Shown piece by piece: positions 12,963 through 25,789 of a DNA stretch of 64,000 bases (its first letter is position 1; every line of letters begins with the position of its first letter). The DNA comes from Lama glama (lineage: Eukaryota): contig CM052817.1 of assembly GCA_028534125.1 (NCBI GenBank), positions 33,420,001 to 33,484,000 of the forward strand, read 5' to 3'. The notes under the pieces were generated by a model. The model was given only the letters and a program-made list of their open reading frames with translations. It was not told the DNA's origin and did not search any database. The position numbers and the translations under genes are program-made.

Positions 12963-14464
12963 CCAGATCCTTGCCCATTATTCCCTCATAGTACCACCTC
13001 TATCTGGGAATTTACTTTGTACCTTCTGCAACTGCTACTGTGAATTGAGATGCTGTTCTAGCTGCTAGGGTGCCTTCTAACACCAGCCCCAGGGATCTCC
13101 CCAGGAAGGGGTCTGTTACCATGTGCCAGATACTGCTCCAGATATCAGAGCCTTGAACCACTCAACACAGAGCATGTTATTGCATTCCTTGCTTATCCAG
13201 TTGCCATCCCACTACCACTGCAGCCTGAAATCTGAGATGATAATTTATCTTAGACAATGACCACATTACATAAGCTCATGGTACTCTCCTCCTTTGACTG
13301 ATGGATATCAACAAACTCTCCATATGGCTTTTCTCCTCTCACTTGTGGCAGGAAAAAAAAAATCTCTAAATGAGGTCCCAGTGGAGTTTACCCATGAACT
13401 ATCAACTGTTTCTCAGTGTAGGATTTTCTCTGACATTGTACAGAGTTTTAGTATCAGAATATTTTTTTCTATTCTTAGAGTTTTATTCTAAGTCTCTCCT
13501 ATGGGTGCCACTGGGAAATGTAACTCAGCTATCTGCAAAAACTTGAGCCTCATCAGTAGAAAAAAATTTGAACCCACACTAGACTTCTTGATGAGTGAAA
13601 ATAACAAAACACCTTTATCTGCCTGTTACTTGCAGCCAAAAGCATTCTAACTCATGCAAATTTAAGCACACTGCAGCAACCATGATGGAAAACAACACCA
13701 TGGAAGCACAGATCCAGAAGTACAAGAGCTCTTTCTAGTTAGAAAATAATGTGGGGATAATAATAAAGAGTTGGTGATCTCTTTAGTGTGGACCTGATTC
13801 CAAACGAACCCACCTGTACCTTGCATCTATGTGAGATTTCATGATTATAGACAGGATTACTTGCAACATACATCAAATTGTACTAAGCACCATTGCCTCC
13901 AGATTCCCATGCTGTAGGTAACAGCCTGGGAAGAAACACGGGAGTTGCAAACTAAGGAAGGCAAACAGAACGTCTGCTAGAAGTCAAGTGTTTGAGGCCA
14001 CATGTGTCTCGTTATGGGTCATGACTCATTAGACCAACTGCTGCTCTCCCTTGCCTCATTTTTTCCGCAGGAGAATAGGGAAATAGCAGCCAGAGAGCTG
14101 CTGGAGAGTATCTTCACATCCTTTTTTTACGGGCTATTTTTCTTCTCTTGTATGGATTCATTCTTAGCCAGATGCAGCTCTGGTTAGCTCAATACCAACT
14201 GACTCTGAAATGACAAGACACCTGGTGCTTCCCAAATTCTCACTGCAGAAGGTGGAACATTTGCAATTACTGTCTTCAAATAATTCTTTAGAACTCCCAA
14301 ATCCAGGCTGTTTTGGAGTATTAGTGACCTCAGGAGGTCTTTATAAAGTATGGCAGAACCCTTTTTCTAAAGTCTTGACTTGAATCATTTAGTTTCAAAC
14401 CCAACACGGGACACCCAGAGAAGATTTACTGAGTGGAAGGCCTAAATTCATATCTACAATAAGA

Positions 14465-14650
14465 TAATCACTACCATCTGCCAAACATTTTTTATATGCC
14501 AGGCACTATGCTAAGCTCTTTCTTTGTACTACCTCTTGTAAACATCACAATCACCTTCTCAGGATGGTTTGGTGTCTCCATTTTACTGATGAAAACATTC
14601 AAAGAAGTTGGATTAAACAGCACACCCAGAACATGCATAAAGTGGACTAG
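14465..14650 (-). mobile_element. MIR SINE
   Basis: tatgccaggcactatgctaagctct..ctccatttttactgatgaaaacattcaaagaagtt. Confidence 0.75.
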
Positions 14651-14779
14651 GAATAAATGAAACAATTCAAGTAGAGTGAGAAGTGGCAATGAATACACAG
14701 CACCATTTGGGAGGATCAATGAAAGAGACCTTGAACCAATTCAGGGGAAAAACTTCTCTCCAGCATCAGCCCCTTTTGT

Positions 14780-14975
14780 TGGGAGGGAGCCCAGTCCCAG
14801 TTTTTTCCAGGTCTCCAGTCTTTTAAGAGAAAGCAGAAATCCAAATTTTTATGTGAAATTGAAATCTTATTGTTAAATGTTGGCAGCTATTAAAAAGTTT
14901 TTCAGCTCTCTGGAGCCAAACAAAATACAGCTGTGGGCTGGATTCAGCTTGTAGGCTGCCTGTTTGCAAACTCTG
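14780..14975 (-). mobile_element. hAT DNA transposon relic, MER102-like
   Basis: aagagaaagcagaaatccaaatttttatgtgaaat..gccaaacaaaatacagctgtgggctggattcagc..tttgcaaactctg. Confidence 0.7.
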
Positions 14976-15419
14976 TCCCCTGTCCTGGGCAACTGGGGAT
15001 CACTTGGGGGGTTCTTTTGTTCTCTTAAAGAAACATGGCTCCTTCAACCGGAGGCCAGAGAGATTTAAATTATCATCAATGGTTCAATACTGAGGCGGAG
15101 CTATTTCCCACCCACCCACCCTTATTTAGAAATACAAATATCCATGACATGACTCCAGGGAACCTCCACACATAATTTGTGAAATCTTTACCCTGTGTGA
15201 CTTGAGGGGTCTGAGTCGATGTGACACTGGCCATGGAAAAGGAAGATACCAGGAAAAAAAAAAGGAAAAATAAGTGCCCAAAGAAAGACACCGGGGCACC
15301 CTGCTGAGTCCTGCCCACCCCCATCCCTGGCCCCTGTCTGTTTTCACCATTCGGAACCCTGACACCCGGCGCTCAGAGCCTCAGCCCACCATCCTTCATT
15401 TCTGATTTCTCTCCTCTGA

Positions 15420-15800
15420 GGAGATAAGGACGACCCAAGGCCTCTTGGTGTGTTTTACATCAAAGGCCACTGAAGGGTCCTGACAGGCTGGATGTCAGGG
15501 CTGCAAATAAACCATTAATCACTCTGCCATTTCATGGACATACTTTTCCCAGAGGGCACGAACTTTCTCCAGGTCACTAATATAAACCACATCTTCCCTG
15601 AGCCAATGAGGGAGGGAGAGTCGGGGTGGGGGGTGTCGGAGCACAGAGAGCCGGCTCCGTCATTGACACACCATTATTCTCCTCTTAACCCCACAGGTCA
15701 CTGCTATAGTCCCAGCGGATTGTAAATGGTCAATTAAAAGGGAGATGGTTGAAATGAATTAAACAAATGAAGTCACAGCTTCAGGGAATGCGTATACCCC
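15420..15800. promoter_or_regulatory. Candidate enhancer-like non-repetitive block
   Basis: AGATAA 15422, ACATCAAAGG (TCF/LEF) 15457, TGACAG (MEIS) 15481, TGATTAATGG on minus strand (PBX-HOX) 15512-15521; motif inspection only. Confidence 0.4.
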
Positions 15801-16789
15801 AGGGCAGCTGCTTCCAGCCCTCCAAAACTCTCCACCTCTAGATCAAGTACCAAGAGACAGGCCACGGGGACACAACAGGACATTTATGATTTTGCCACTG
15901 ACCCAAAGCAACATGCCTTTGGCAGACCCCCAGGGTCTGAGTTCTAAGAAGCAGAGGCCAGGGAGTCGGTATGAAATGCCTTTCCAGAACAGTTTCTCCT
16001 CTGCATGATGAAGCCAGATCATCTGACCAACGGTTCTGACTTGGCCAATGGACCCACCAGAGGCCAAGTCTCTGGTACAGTTAGGTTCATTCACTGAGCT
16101 CCTCCTGTGGGCAGGTGTTGTGAAAACACAGGTGAGGTCCCTGCTCTCCTCACGTTTACATTCTCCTTGGGGCAAGCAGCCAATGAACAGAACTGATCAA
16201 TTTAGATAGTGCTAAAGCTCTAAAGAACATAAAACAGGAAGGTGCTGTCAACAGTGATGGCTATTTCAGTCTGAGTGGAAAGAGGGGAGCTTTCAATCAC
16301 TCAGCAACTCAACAAGGTAGTAGGCATAGGGTGGTGGGTGGGTGGGGAGTCACCAAAGAAACAGAGGAAGTGATGATTCTGTTTGAAGGACCTGATGGGA
16401 AGCTGGAGAGGTGAGATAAGTATGGAAGAGTCCAGAAGAAATTATGAATATGTAGAACCTACATGCCAACCTGGAAGCCCAAAGGCTGAGGCACAGGACT
16501 CAAGGCAGTGATCAGGGCAAGCAACAGTGAAGCAGGACGGGTTTCTAAAGAAGGTGAGTCTCAGCACTGGGAATAAACTGTCCATCTGGGTTGGATCTAG
16601 GGAAAAAGCCTTAGGTCCTTAACACTAAGCCACTGAGAACTGGGATCAGGATTTGGTCTCAGGCTGAGTTCCTGGCTGGCAATTTAGCCAGGCAGAGGAG
16701 ATAACAAGTTACCAGCGTGAGGTCGGGTTTGGAAGGAGGGGCAGAAAGAGACACAATACTGCATTTTAGATAAATACCGAACCACTTAC

Positions 16790-17210
16790 CCTGGCCTCCA
16801 AAGCTGTGCCTGCTTCCCCTCGGGTGTCCTCCCTCCTGCCCTCGCTGCAGTCATGCCAGCCCCTCGCCCACGCTCACTGGGCTCCGCTTGTCCATGGGGA
16901 TTTGGCCTCTTTCACATCCTCCCATGTCTGGCTCCTTCTTGTCAACTGGGTCTGGTCTCAACTGTCTCCTTCTCTACGAGGCTGTTGCTGATCTTCCTCC
17001 CCAGTCCTTCCCCGTCCCCTCCACCTGCTATGTTCTCTCCAGAGCACTTTGCTCTCTGGCATTTTTTGTTCCTTTGTTTCCTTATCTGTGTCTGCTTCCC
17101 TCCTCTAGAAGGTAAGTTCAGTTTGAGCAGGAAGCTGTGTGTGTTGCTCCCCGCCTCCTCTCATGACTGAAATGCCCCCGGGTACGGAGCAAAAGCTTAC
17201 TAGATGCTTG
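16790..17210 (+). mobile_element. L2 LINE 3' portion
   Basis: cttaccctggcctccaaagctgtgcctg..tgtgtctgcttccctcctctagaaggtaagttcagtttgagcagg. Confidence 0.7.
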
Positions 17211-17224
17211 ATGCTCTGTAACTA

Positions 17225-17420
17225 AGGGCCTACTCTGCACCGAGCATCTTGCTGGGCTCTTTCCACGACAACGTGACACGCCACTTAATCCTCACAACAA
17301 TGCTGTGTGGCAAGTGTTGTCATGCTCATTTCACAGACAAGGAAGCCGAGACCCAGAAAAGCTAACTGACTTAAATGGCTCAGCAACAGAACCCAAGTCT
17401 GTCGAACCATGAAGTCTCCA
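17225..17420 (-). mobile_element. MIR SINE
   Basis: cacttaatcctcacaacaatgctgtg..ctcatttcacagacaaggaagccgagacccagaaaagctaactgactt. Confidence 0.8.
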
Positions 17421-18194
17421 TCGTTTTCTACTTCCCTGCTTTCTTTCTATGGGGGAAACAGGACATGAAATCGGGAACATAAAGGAGCTAAATCAGGTGA
17501 AAATTCTCAGGCCACAGTTAGGAACACAGGAAAGTCAGTCCAATTGTCAAGTGAAATCAGCAACCCCAGGGGTCAAGATCAGCCCAGGTAAGGATGGCAT
17601 CCTTGTTCGCATTCACCTGCTGGAACAGCACAGGACTGGGGAAGCCAGGAGGACCCTTTAATACCTTGCTGAGCCAAGAGTCACACAGTCAAGGACACCT
17701 CTGAGTATGGTACGCCAGGGCTTGGTGCCACCAGCGCTACTTACTCCCCCAGAGCGCCAACAAACAGGATAAGCAAAGAATGGGGGAAGGGCAGGTTCAA
17801 CACAGAGAGTTTGGACCACACGGGCATGATGCCTTGCCTCAAAGGCAGAGAAAGAAAATTTCAATCGTACGTCATAAGTAACCTTGTGAAACCAGCCTGA
17901 CTTGGGCTGGCCTAAACCCAAATATCCAAAAGAGCATTAGTAAATAAGCCTCACCATTGGCGGAGCTCCACCCCTTGGAGGTGGCTCTGTGCAGCAAACA
18001 GCGGTGTGATCTGTTGTCTTGTCTGCCGAGGTGAAGGCGGTGGCAGGGAGGCCCCGGGCGCTCTGTGTTTGCTGTCCCCGCTGCAGAATTACACTTGACT
18101 TCCCTATGAATTTGCTACCATGAGATGACGCAGCCAGAGCTGACCCTGGCATTCATGCTTGCAGACGACCGCCTGCGCGGCGCAGAAATGAACG

Positions 18195-18255
18195 TACCTC
18201 GGCGCCCTGCGTCCGCCGTTCCACATCCGCAGATTCAACCAACCCACCTGCTGTA
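18195..18255. mobile_element. Short Tigger2/MER2-derived MITE
   Basis: gttccacatccgcagattcaaccaacc resembles the MER2/Tigger2 subterminal motif; TA at both ends. Confidence 0.6.
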
Positions 18256-18289
18256 CCAGCCCCTTGACTCCCTGAACAGAAAGTGGCCG

Positions 18290-18480
18290 ATAGCTACCAT
18301 GTACTGAGTGTTGATTATGTGCCTGGTATTGCAGGGCAGTTTATATTATCCTAATCCATAAGTATGTATTATTATTATTATTTCCATCTTACAGATGATG
18401 AAACTGCGCTCAAAGAGGTAAAAAGTAGTCAAGAGTAAAGCCAGGATTAAAACTCAGATCCATGATTCCACAGCCAGCGC
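18290..18480 (-). mobile_element. MIR SINE
   Basis: attattatttccatcttacagatgatgaaactgcgctcaaagaggtaaaa..aagccaggattaaaactcagatc. Confidence 0.8.
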
Positions 18481-18494
18481 TGAGTCTGCCGCCC

Positions 18495-18960
18495 CGGTAG
18501 TTCCCAGACACCAGTCCACGCACATAACACAACTTTCACCAATTCATGATAAAATGAGAAAAATAAGGACAATATTATGGTTTCCTTAATTATACGTCAT
18601 CTTTTATAAAAAAACAAATAGTTGTTTAATAACATCAGGGGAAGGAAAAATGCTAAATATTCATTTTGATTAAAGAAATTAAGCTGTGGTGATTTCAAAA
18701 TTGTATATGATAGTTAAATGAATATGAATTAGAATTAAAGCAATTAGAAACATGATGTAAGATTCCATCATAACTTAAGAACTATGCATTTATTCTGAAC
18801 TCATGTCTTTGCTAGTTTTGTGTGCTTAACTTTCTTTTATAAAATCAGAGGGTAATAGATGGTAGTTGATTTTTTTTTAATTCCTTAGTAAAAATAAAAA
18901 CTGATAGTCCTCTCTCTTTTACAGTTCTACTATTTGAAAACTCCAAATGTTTAAGAACAT
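18495..18960. mobile_element. Probable hAT-Charlie DNA transposon relic
   Basis: hAT-like start cggtagttcccagacaccagtccacg..aaatgagaaaaataaggacaat, AT-rich body; family not assigned. Confidence 0.45.
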
Positions 18961-19009
18961 ATTCACTTTCCACCAGGGTGTGTCACTTCCAATGACAGAA
19001 AGCACAGAC

Positions 19010-19755
19010 CGGGGGCTGCTGAGTCAAATTCAGCCCATGAAAGTGTTTTGCATTGCTCACAGTGGATTTTAAAATTCTGCATTAACCGACAATATTTTAA
19101 GCAGAAAAATGTACATAAATCTGGATTACTGGCCTCTGTTTACAATTCCAGAGGTCTGGCTACCCCAGGCCTCTGCTCCCTCTGGAATGTGGGGCTGGGT
19201 GGTCACTGCTCTGTGTTGGAGAGGGTCAGTGGTCAGCTGCTCACATGCTCTCCTCTGCCTATTGTGTGGTATCTGGGCAGATTGCTGAAGTCACGGCCAT
19301 GGGTGTCTGTGCCTCTTGGCACCCTGCCCTTTCATTGTCACCTTCATACTCTCGTGACTCCAGGCTTGCCCATGTGACTAACTTTGGTCAATAGAACCAC
19401 AGCAAATGTAAGCCCAAGCAAAAGCTCGACGAGTACTTGCACGTAGGGGCTGAAGGGGCCATGGGGAGGTGAACGGAACACTGTGGCCAGTAGCCCAGGA
19501 TTAGCCCAGATAGGGAGGCCATGCTAGACCCTCGCACCCCAGCTGAGCCACCAGCTGACTACAGCCACATGAGTGAGCCCAGAGGGAACCAGAGGGAGAA
19601 ATACAAAGCTGAGCCCAACCCAAGTTCTACTATTAAATCATTGTTGTCTGAAGCCACTAAATATGGGGGTGTTGTGTTGGGCTAATAGCACACACTTGGC
19701 CTCACTTTCCTTAACACCTGGACTCTGAAAGCACTTGAGTCCATGACTCCTATCT
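19010..19755 (+). mobile_element. MER102-like hAT relic split by an MLT1 LTR
   Basis: gagtcaaattcagcccatgaaagtgttttg..acataaatctggattactggcctct..; resumes after 19695 with acctggactctgaaagcacttgagtccatgactcct. Confidence 0.6.
19262..19693 (+). mobile_element. MaLR solo LTR, MLT1G/H-like
   Basis: ggcttgcccatgtgactaactttggtcaatagaa, ccagctgactacagccacatgagtgagcccag, aaatcattgttgtctgaagccactaaatatggggg. Confidence 0.8.
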
Positions 19756-21109
19756 TAAGATATTGAAGGACATTTCCACCTACATAGAGGTACATACACA
19801 CACTTATTCACACTCATATATTTATAGGCACCTGATTGTTGAGTGGGAGCAAGGAATTTAAATTGTTCACCCCAGCCCCTAGAACAGCACCTGGTACACA
19901 GCTAGTCCTTAGTAAATATCTTTTGAATGAATAAATGAATTCATAGATACTTCCCTAAGTAATGTAACCTAATAGGTAGCCTAGAGGCGGTCACACACCC
20001 AGAAACTTGCCACTAGTAGAATCCCTGAGATCATCTCAAGTTAGCATTGAAGATCCTTGCTGGCCTCCTAGATACCCTGCTGTGTCTGCTAAACTAGTTT
20101 TGGAAAACCAGCCCACTTGAACCAACTCAGTGGGGACTGGAGTTTGACAAGACTGATCATCACAACCTATTTATCACTTGTGCTTCACCATCCACTGGTG
20201 CTGACAGAGGTCTAAATGGCAAGGGGTCTCTCGTCTGAAGGCTGAAGGAAATACGACATAGCCGTAGGTGTCAGCTGAAGAACGGCCCCAAGGAGAGCTG
20301 GATCCTGTTCACCTACTGAAAAATAGGAATTATTTTTCAAGGGATTAAAAAAGGAATGCCCTGTGAATGAAACACAAAATACTCTGAACACCCAGACAGG
20401 AACACACATCACTCCTGTCTGACCACGAGAGATGTTCAGCAGAGGAAACTGCCTCCTGCCTTCTACCATTTTTTGCTCATTCTGTTTCCTTTTTCAAAAA
20501 TAAGAGGATATTTATTAAATTCATCAAAGATACCACTCTGGGGAGATGCATAGCAACCTGGAAACCACAACACTTGGAGAAATGGTCAGCAACTCGGAAT
20601 TGTGAAACTGGAAGTCCTAAACTTTAGTACCATAGCCTGCTTTTTAATTCGTGACGGAGCCAGCCTAGTGACTACCTAAACCCTCGTTTGCTCTTCTAAA
20701 AGGCGGTGGAAATGATATCTGCTCTGCCGACTTCATAGGGGGTTTGAGAAGATTAAATGTGATAACATCGTTGAAAATGTCATTTAAGTGTTAATAATTA
20801 CAGAACAAAAATTGGTAATGGCCAACAGGTACAAATACAAGAGGAGGGGTAAAATCTGTGCGAGACCCTCCCACAAAGGCACGGTGAGACCATGGTAAGC
20901 AGTGCATAGTGGGGGCTGGGAGCACCAAGACCAAACCATCAAGGTAGGAAACAGAGAGGAATGAGGATCAGTTCAACAGGCTGGAATCAGAGACAGACAG
21001 ATGGGGAGCTGGCGGGAGTCGAGGCCTTCAGCAGGATGAGGACACAGAGATGCGGAGGATCGGCCGTGGAGGGCACTGGGCTGTGAGTGGACCGCTGCTG
21101 GTCGTGCCT

Positions 21110-21530
21110 GCCCAGCATCTGGTCTTCCTTCCCGGCTCTCCTCTGACGAGCTCTCCTTCCCTCATTCCGTATGCCACGCCCACAGCCTGACCAGGAGCTT
21201 TCCCTGCGGCTGGACCTATTCCAATCAGATTCCCTTTGCAGGGAATAGAAATCTTTACTGGAATGACACAAGGATGGGGAATACTTGGAGTGAGTATATT
21301 TCTTATGAGCACCCTAGAAGCCCATTCATGGGTCCTGCTATCAAAATCTCCAAGGCTGCCGTGTTTCTAGTCCTTTCTGAGGCCTAATTGGTCAAATAAG
21401 TCAACACTTCCTTGAGCCTATGAATCACCCAGAATCCTCCCAACATCTTCCCCTTTTCATTTTCTTTCTTTCTTTCTTTTTTTTTGCTTAAGTGAACCAG
21501 TCCATTATTTCTGACACTTATAAGTAAACA
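21110..21530 (+). mobile_element. Possible ancient ERVL-class LTR
   Basis: ccaatcagattccct and terminal-like ttttttgcttaagtgaaccagtccattatttctgacactt; family uncertain. Confidence 0.4.
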
Positions 21531-21763
21531 AGCAAATGAAAACAATCAAAGCATCTACCTAAGGTCTCGGTTCACGGACAGGGACAGGTGTCTTGACACC
21601 TTGCTCTTCTTGCTGGTGTAGACCTCCTCACCCTGGTCTACCTTGGTTTCTTCTGCAAGTTTTCTGATATGATCTGAACAGGGCGGTATGGAAAAACAGG
21701 GGCATAAGGAGAATCCCAAGCTTAAAGCCAAGCTGCTACCAGAGTTTAAGAACAGAGATGGGG

Positions 21764-22037
21764 GGGCGGGTGGGAAGGAATAAATTAGGAGTTTTGGATT
21801 AACAGATACTATATATTACTATATATAAAATAGATCAACAACAAGGACTTACTGTATAGCACAAGGAACTATATTCAATTTCTTGTAATAACATAATGAA
21901 AACGAATCTGAAAATATATATATGTATGTATGTACATGTATAACTGAATCGCTTTGCTGTACACCTGAAACTAACATTGTAAATCAACTACACTTCAATA
22001 AAAAACAAAATTAAGAAAAAATACAAATTAAAAAAGT
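21764..22037 (+). mobile_element. 5'-truncated artiodactyl-type LINE-1 3' end with A-rich tail
   Basis: aacaacaaggacttactgtatagcacaaggaactatattcaa..gctgtacacctgaaactaacattgtaaatcaactacacttcaataaaaa; perfect 14-bp TSD gaacagagatgggg at 21750-21763 and 22038-22051. Confidence 0.95.
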
Positions 22038-22174
22038 GAACAGAGATGGGGCTGAGCAGGGCCACTCTCTCATAACCACTGCAGGCCAAATGGTCATTAG
22101 CACCACGTCATGACTAACTTTATATCCCACAACCTTAAGAGAGTCTGGGGAAGGCCGCAGTCAGGGAAATGAGG

Positions 22175-22420
22175 CAGTATGGAGTATGGCTGAGGGATGG
22201 CAAGACCCAAAGCCTCATTCTCCCTCTCAGGAGCAGTGTGACCTTGAAAAAGTTGCTTAACCTCTCTGTTCCATTTTCACCCCTTCTCTAAAATGGAAAT
22301 GATAATACTACAGATGCTCATCTCATGGAGCTATTATGAGGATAAAATAGTTTGGCATTTGTAATGTACCAAGAATCATGTTTGTCCCATAGCAAGGGCT
22401 ATGTGAGGGTTGGTTAAAAT
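22175..22420 (+). mobile_element. MIR SINE
   Basis: gagcagtgtgaccttgaaaaagttgcttaacctctctgttcc..ctaaaatggaaatgataatac..tatgaggataaaatag. Confidence 0.8.
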
Positions 22421-24309
22421 AAATAATAAATGTTTCCCCTAAGCAAAAGCTGGGAACCTGAGGTGGTTTAGCCTGGAGAGGAAGTCTCTGAAACAGACAA
22501 GAAAATCTCTCAATAACAAATATGAACTTTGCCGAGCTAACCACATGCCATTTGGCACTGAGAGAGGATCAAAGGAAATCAGCAAACAGGGCCCTGGTAT
22601 TTATGGTTGCTTGGGGTCATTTCTATCAATTGACCCTTATTTGTTTTGTCTGAGGAAGTAAGGCTCCCCCAAGGGTAATGAGGCTTTGGTCCAGTGTTCC
22701 ATGCAATGACAAGCTATCTACTAACACAGAGAGGATGGCCCTACCCCCTCGTTTGGTCATCTTTGTGCTGCTTGGTAGAGTCAGGCATACCTAGGCGAGC
22801 CATTCTTCTCTCTCTTTGCCATCTCAGCCACTCAGTCCCCGCCTCTCCCAATAGTGGGATGCCCGTCTCCATTGATGATGAGTACGCAGATGGCAATGTG
22901 GGAAGATGCCTGGCTGCAGGGGAGTCACCCTGGCTCATGATTGTCACCTCCTCCTCCCAAGAAGCTCATGCACCACTCATCACCCAAAGGTGGAAAGTCC
23001 CTGCCAGCTCAGTCTGTCTGGTTTTTTGTTGGCAGAGCCTAGCCCTCTGCTCAGCAAAGATGGCTTATGGCACGAGAGCCAGAGAAAGGGAATAAAAAGT
23101 GGGAATATCAATGATGATCTAAGAAAAGACAAGTGAATGACTGGAGCTGGAATTGCTCTTGGCATCAGCTCCAGCTTAATTGATCATATTCAGCTAGAGT
23201 TATTTGTGGTTTGGCCTGTCGGCAGTTACTTCTTGCTTCTCCATCTGATGGTTTTCCCTGACCTACTTGCTGAAAGATGCTCAGGCAGAGAATCTTTCCA
23301 CTGACTTAGATGCTGAAGTGGGGGAACTACTGGTGGTAGGACCATCAGAGGGTTTCCATTACTCCACTTTGTCCACAGTGTGTCTCCAGAACTATCCCAT
23401 TTCCCAGCACTCACAAGCCTCACTGCCGATGGCCTGCACACCCAGTTAGTCTCCAATTCCCCCCATATACCTCTCTCCAAATGTCCTCCATTTGCTCACC
23501 ATTCCTGGCAAATGCACATTCCCCAGTCTTTGTGAGGGTTATTTTAAGACCTTCATATACCCTAAGCATTCCTCCTTTAGGAGGCTCCACCCCACATCAA
23601 AGCAGACATCCTACAATGCATCTACATCCATCATTGAATATAATTTCCATCGAATAACAGATGAATTGAGTTCCATATGACTGACATATGATTCCTCTTT
23701 ATAGATATTTAATTAAACATTTTAATTGCAATTTTGCAGATTTATTTATATATTTTAGAACCAGATTTTTTTTTTCCAAATTAAAACGTTTTCTGGCCTA
23801 TGAGAGTTTCACAGTCCCTAGATATTAAGCCTGTAGTGGATTAAATGGCCTTGTCCTTCAACCAAGGGCAGTGGCTAGAAAGGCATCCCATCTCCTGCAG
23901 TGTGGGAAACTAAGCAGTGCATTTAGAAATGGCAAATTCGAGCTTACCATGGGCTCTTGCTAATGCTAGGGTAAGGAAAACTGCATATGGAAGAGAATAC
24001 AACAAATGAGGTAAAGACTACACATCTGATTTTATTAACATCATCATAGATTAGTATCAATCATAATAGCAGTAAGTATTTACTGCTTACTAGGGTTATA
24101 TATATATATATAATCTCAGCTAAACTTAAAACCTTGTGCAATAAACATCTACATGTTACTGTGACAATTAAAACTGATGGAGTAATAAGAGGCACAGGCA
24201 AATTTGACCTTTGGTCCAACTGACTTTACAGCACAAATCTTCTGCCTCACCATGCTGCCACTTTCTTGTACTAACTAAAATCATCAGATAAGGTAGACCC
24301 ATATGTCCC

Positions 24310-24827
24310 CATGATGGTTAATTTTGTGTGTCAACTTGACGGGACCATGAGGTGCCCAGATATTTGGTCAAATATTATTCTGAATGTGTCTGTGGGAGTA
24401 TTTGGATGAGATTAACGTGTCAATCAATAGACTGGGTATAGCAGACTACCCTCCCTAATGTGGGTGGGCCTCATCCAATCAGCTGAAGGCCAAGGGCTGA
24501 CCCTCTACTGAATAAGAGAGAATTCCACTTGCTTGACTACCCTCAAGCTGGGAGATTGGTTTATTTCTACCTTTGGACTTGAACTGAAACATTGGCTCTT
24601 CTTGGGTTTGGAGCCTGCTGGCTTTTAGACTGAAACTTACACCACTGGCTCTGCAGGTTCTCAGGGCTTCAAATTTGGACTAGAACCACATATCCACTCT
24701 CTTGGGTCCCCAGCTTGCCAATCACTGATCTTGGGATTTGTCAGCCTCCATAACTGCATGAGCCAATTCCTGATAGTAAATCTCTTTCTTATGGGTTCTG
24801 TTTCTCTGAAAAATTCTGACTCATACA
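24310..24827 (+). mobile_element. ERVL solo LTR, MLT2 family
   Basis: atgatggttaattttgtgtgtcaacttgac..gtgcccagatatttggtcaaatattattctg..ggttctgtttctctgaaaaattctgactcataca. Confidence 0.92.
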
Positions 24828-25789
24828 GTACTCCAACCCTTCAGTCTCTCCTCGTGACACTTTCCACTGTGGAACTTCTGCAAAAACTTCATGTCAGGAA
24901 GTAGTATGTGGAGGACAAAGTTTTCAACAGCAACTACTTTCTCCTTTCAGGAAGAAAAACATGAGGCATTAATCATGGTATTATTTTTATGTTAAAAAAA
25001 AACGAAGAGAGATGCCCAATCCAAATTTTAGCTGGCACGATTAGGATAAGAGTTTCTACCTCATCCAGCAGAAGTGTGAAAAAACAAGGCAGCAAGGGAT
25101 GGGGGAGGTGACAATCGTGTCTCTTATTTGGAGGTTGGGGCTGCTTTTGAGGCTTGTTTTTATGTTTATTGTAAAAAGGGTAGAATCCTACTGGAAAGTA
25201 CAGGCAGGTCAAACTACCCTTGTTGATTAGGATTCCTTTGCAGACATACTCAATTGCTTCCAAAATCCATCATCAAAATCAAATATAATGTATGTGTAAT
25301 AAATATGTAGTAGATGAGTTGAGCTACAGTTGACTACCTGACATATTGCTTTTGGTAGATATTTAACTAAATATATTTTTTTAACTAAATATATTTAATT
25401 GTGGGTGCTTTCAGTTCTTCTAGTCAAACAGAGGACAGATACATAGCTTCAGGCAGGAGGAACTAGCTCTGTGTGTATAAAATGCAGAAGCCTGGCCTTG
25501 GCAACTTCACACTTAATCTCAGAAATTGCAAGTGTCAGAACCCCCTTTACCACATGGGTGGAAGGGAAGGCAGTGCTATATGCCCCACAGGAGAGAGAGG
25601 ATTCTGGTCTTCATTCCCAGCTTGTATCTCTGGTTTAGCATCTAAGGTGGCACAGCTTGGTCTAATGACCAGGATTATGCCCCTAGTTTTTCTATGCTGA
25701 GACCAAAAAACTAAAGGCAAAGAAGGAAGGCAGCTTGCCCAAAGTCATCCAAGTGATGAAAATGATAATGATGGCGAAGAGAAGGACGG

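Noticed and set aside
20185..20205. RE1/REST-like TCAGCACC on the minus strand
   Set aside because: Spacer length and right half-site do not fit GGACAG.
22694..23095. 133-aa ORF containing DDEYADGN
   Set aside because: No recognisable family and no convincing flanking splice donor; length is within chance expectation.
23244..23349. Possible miRNA-like hairpin (tctgatggt..accatcaga)
   Set aside because: Pairing stops after about 12 bp; not a pre-miRNA-like stem.
25362..25396. 17-bp AT-rich tandem duplication tttaactaaatatattt
   Set aside because: Ordinary slippage in AT-rich sequence.
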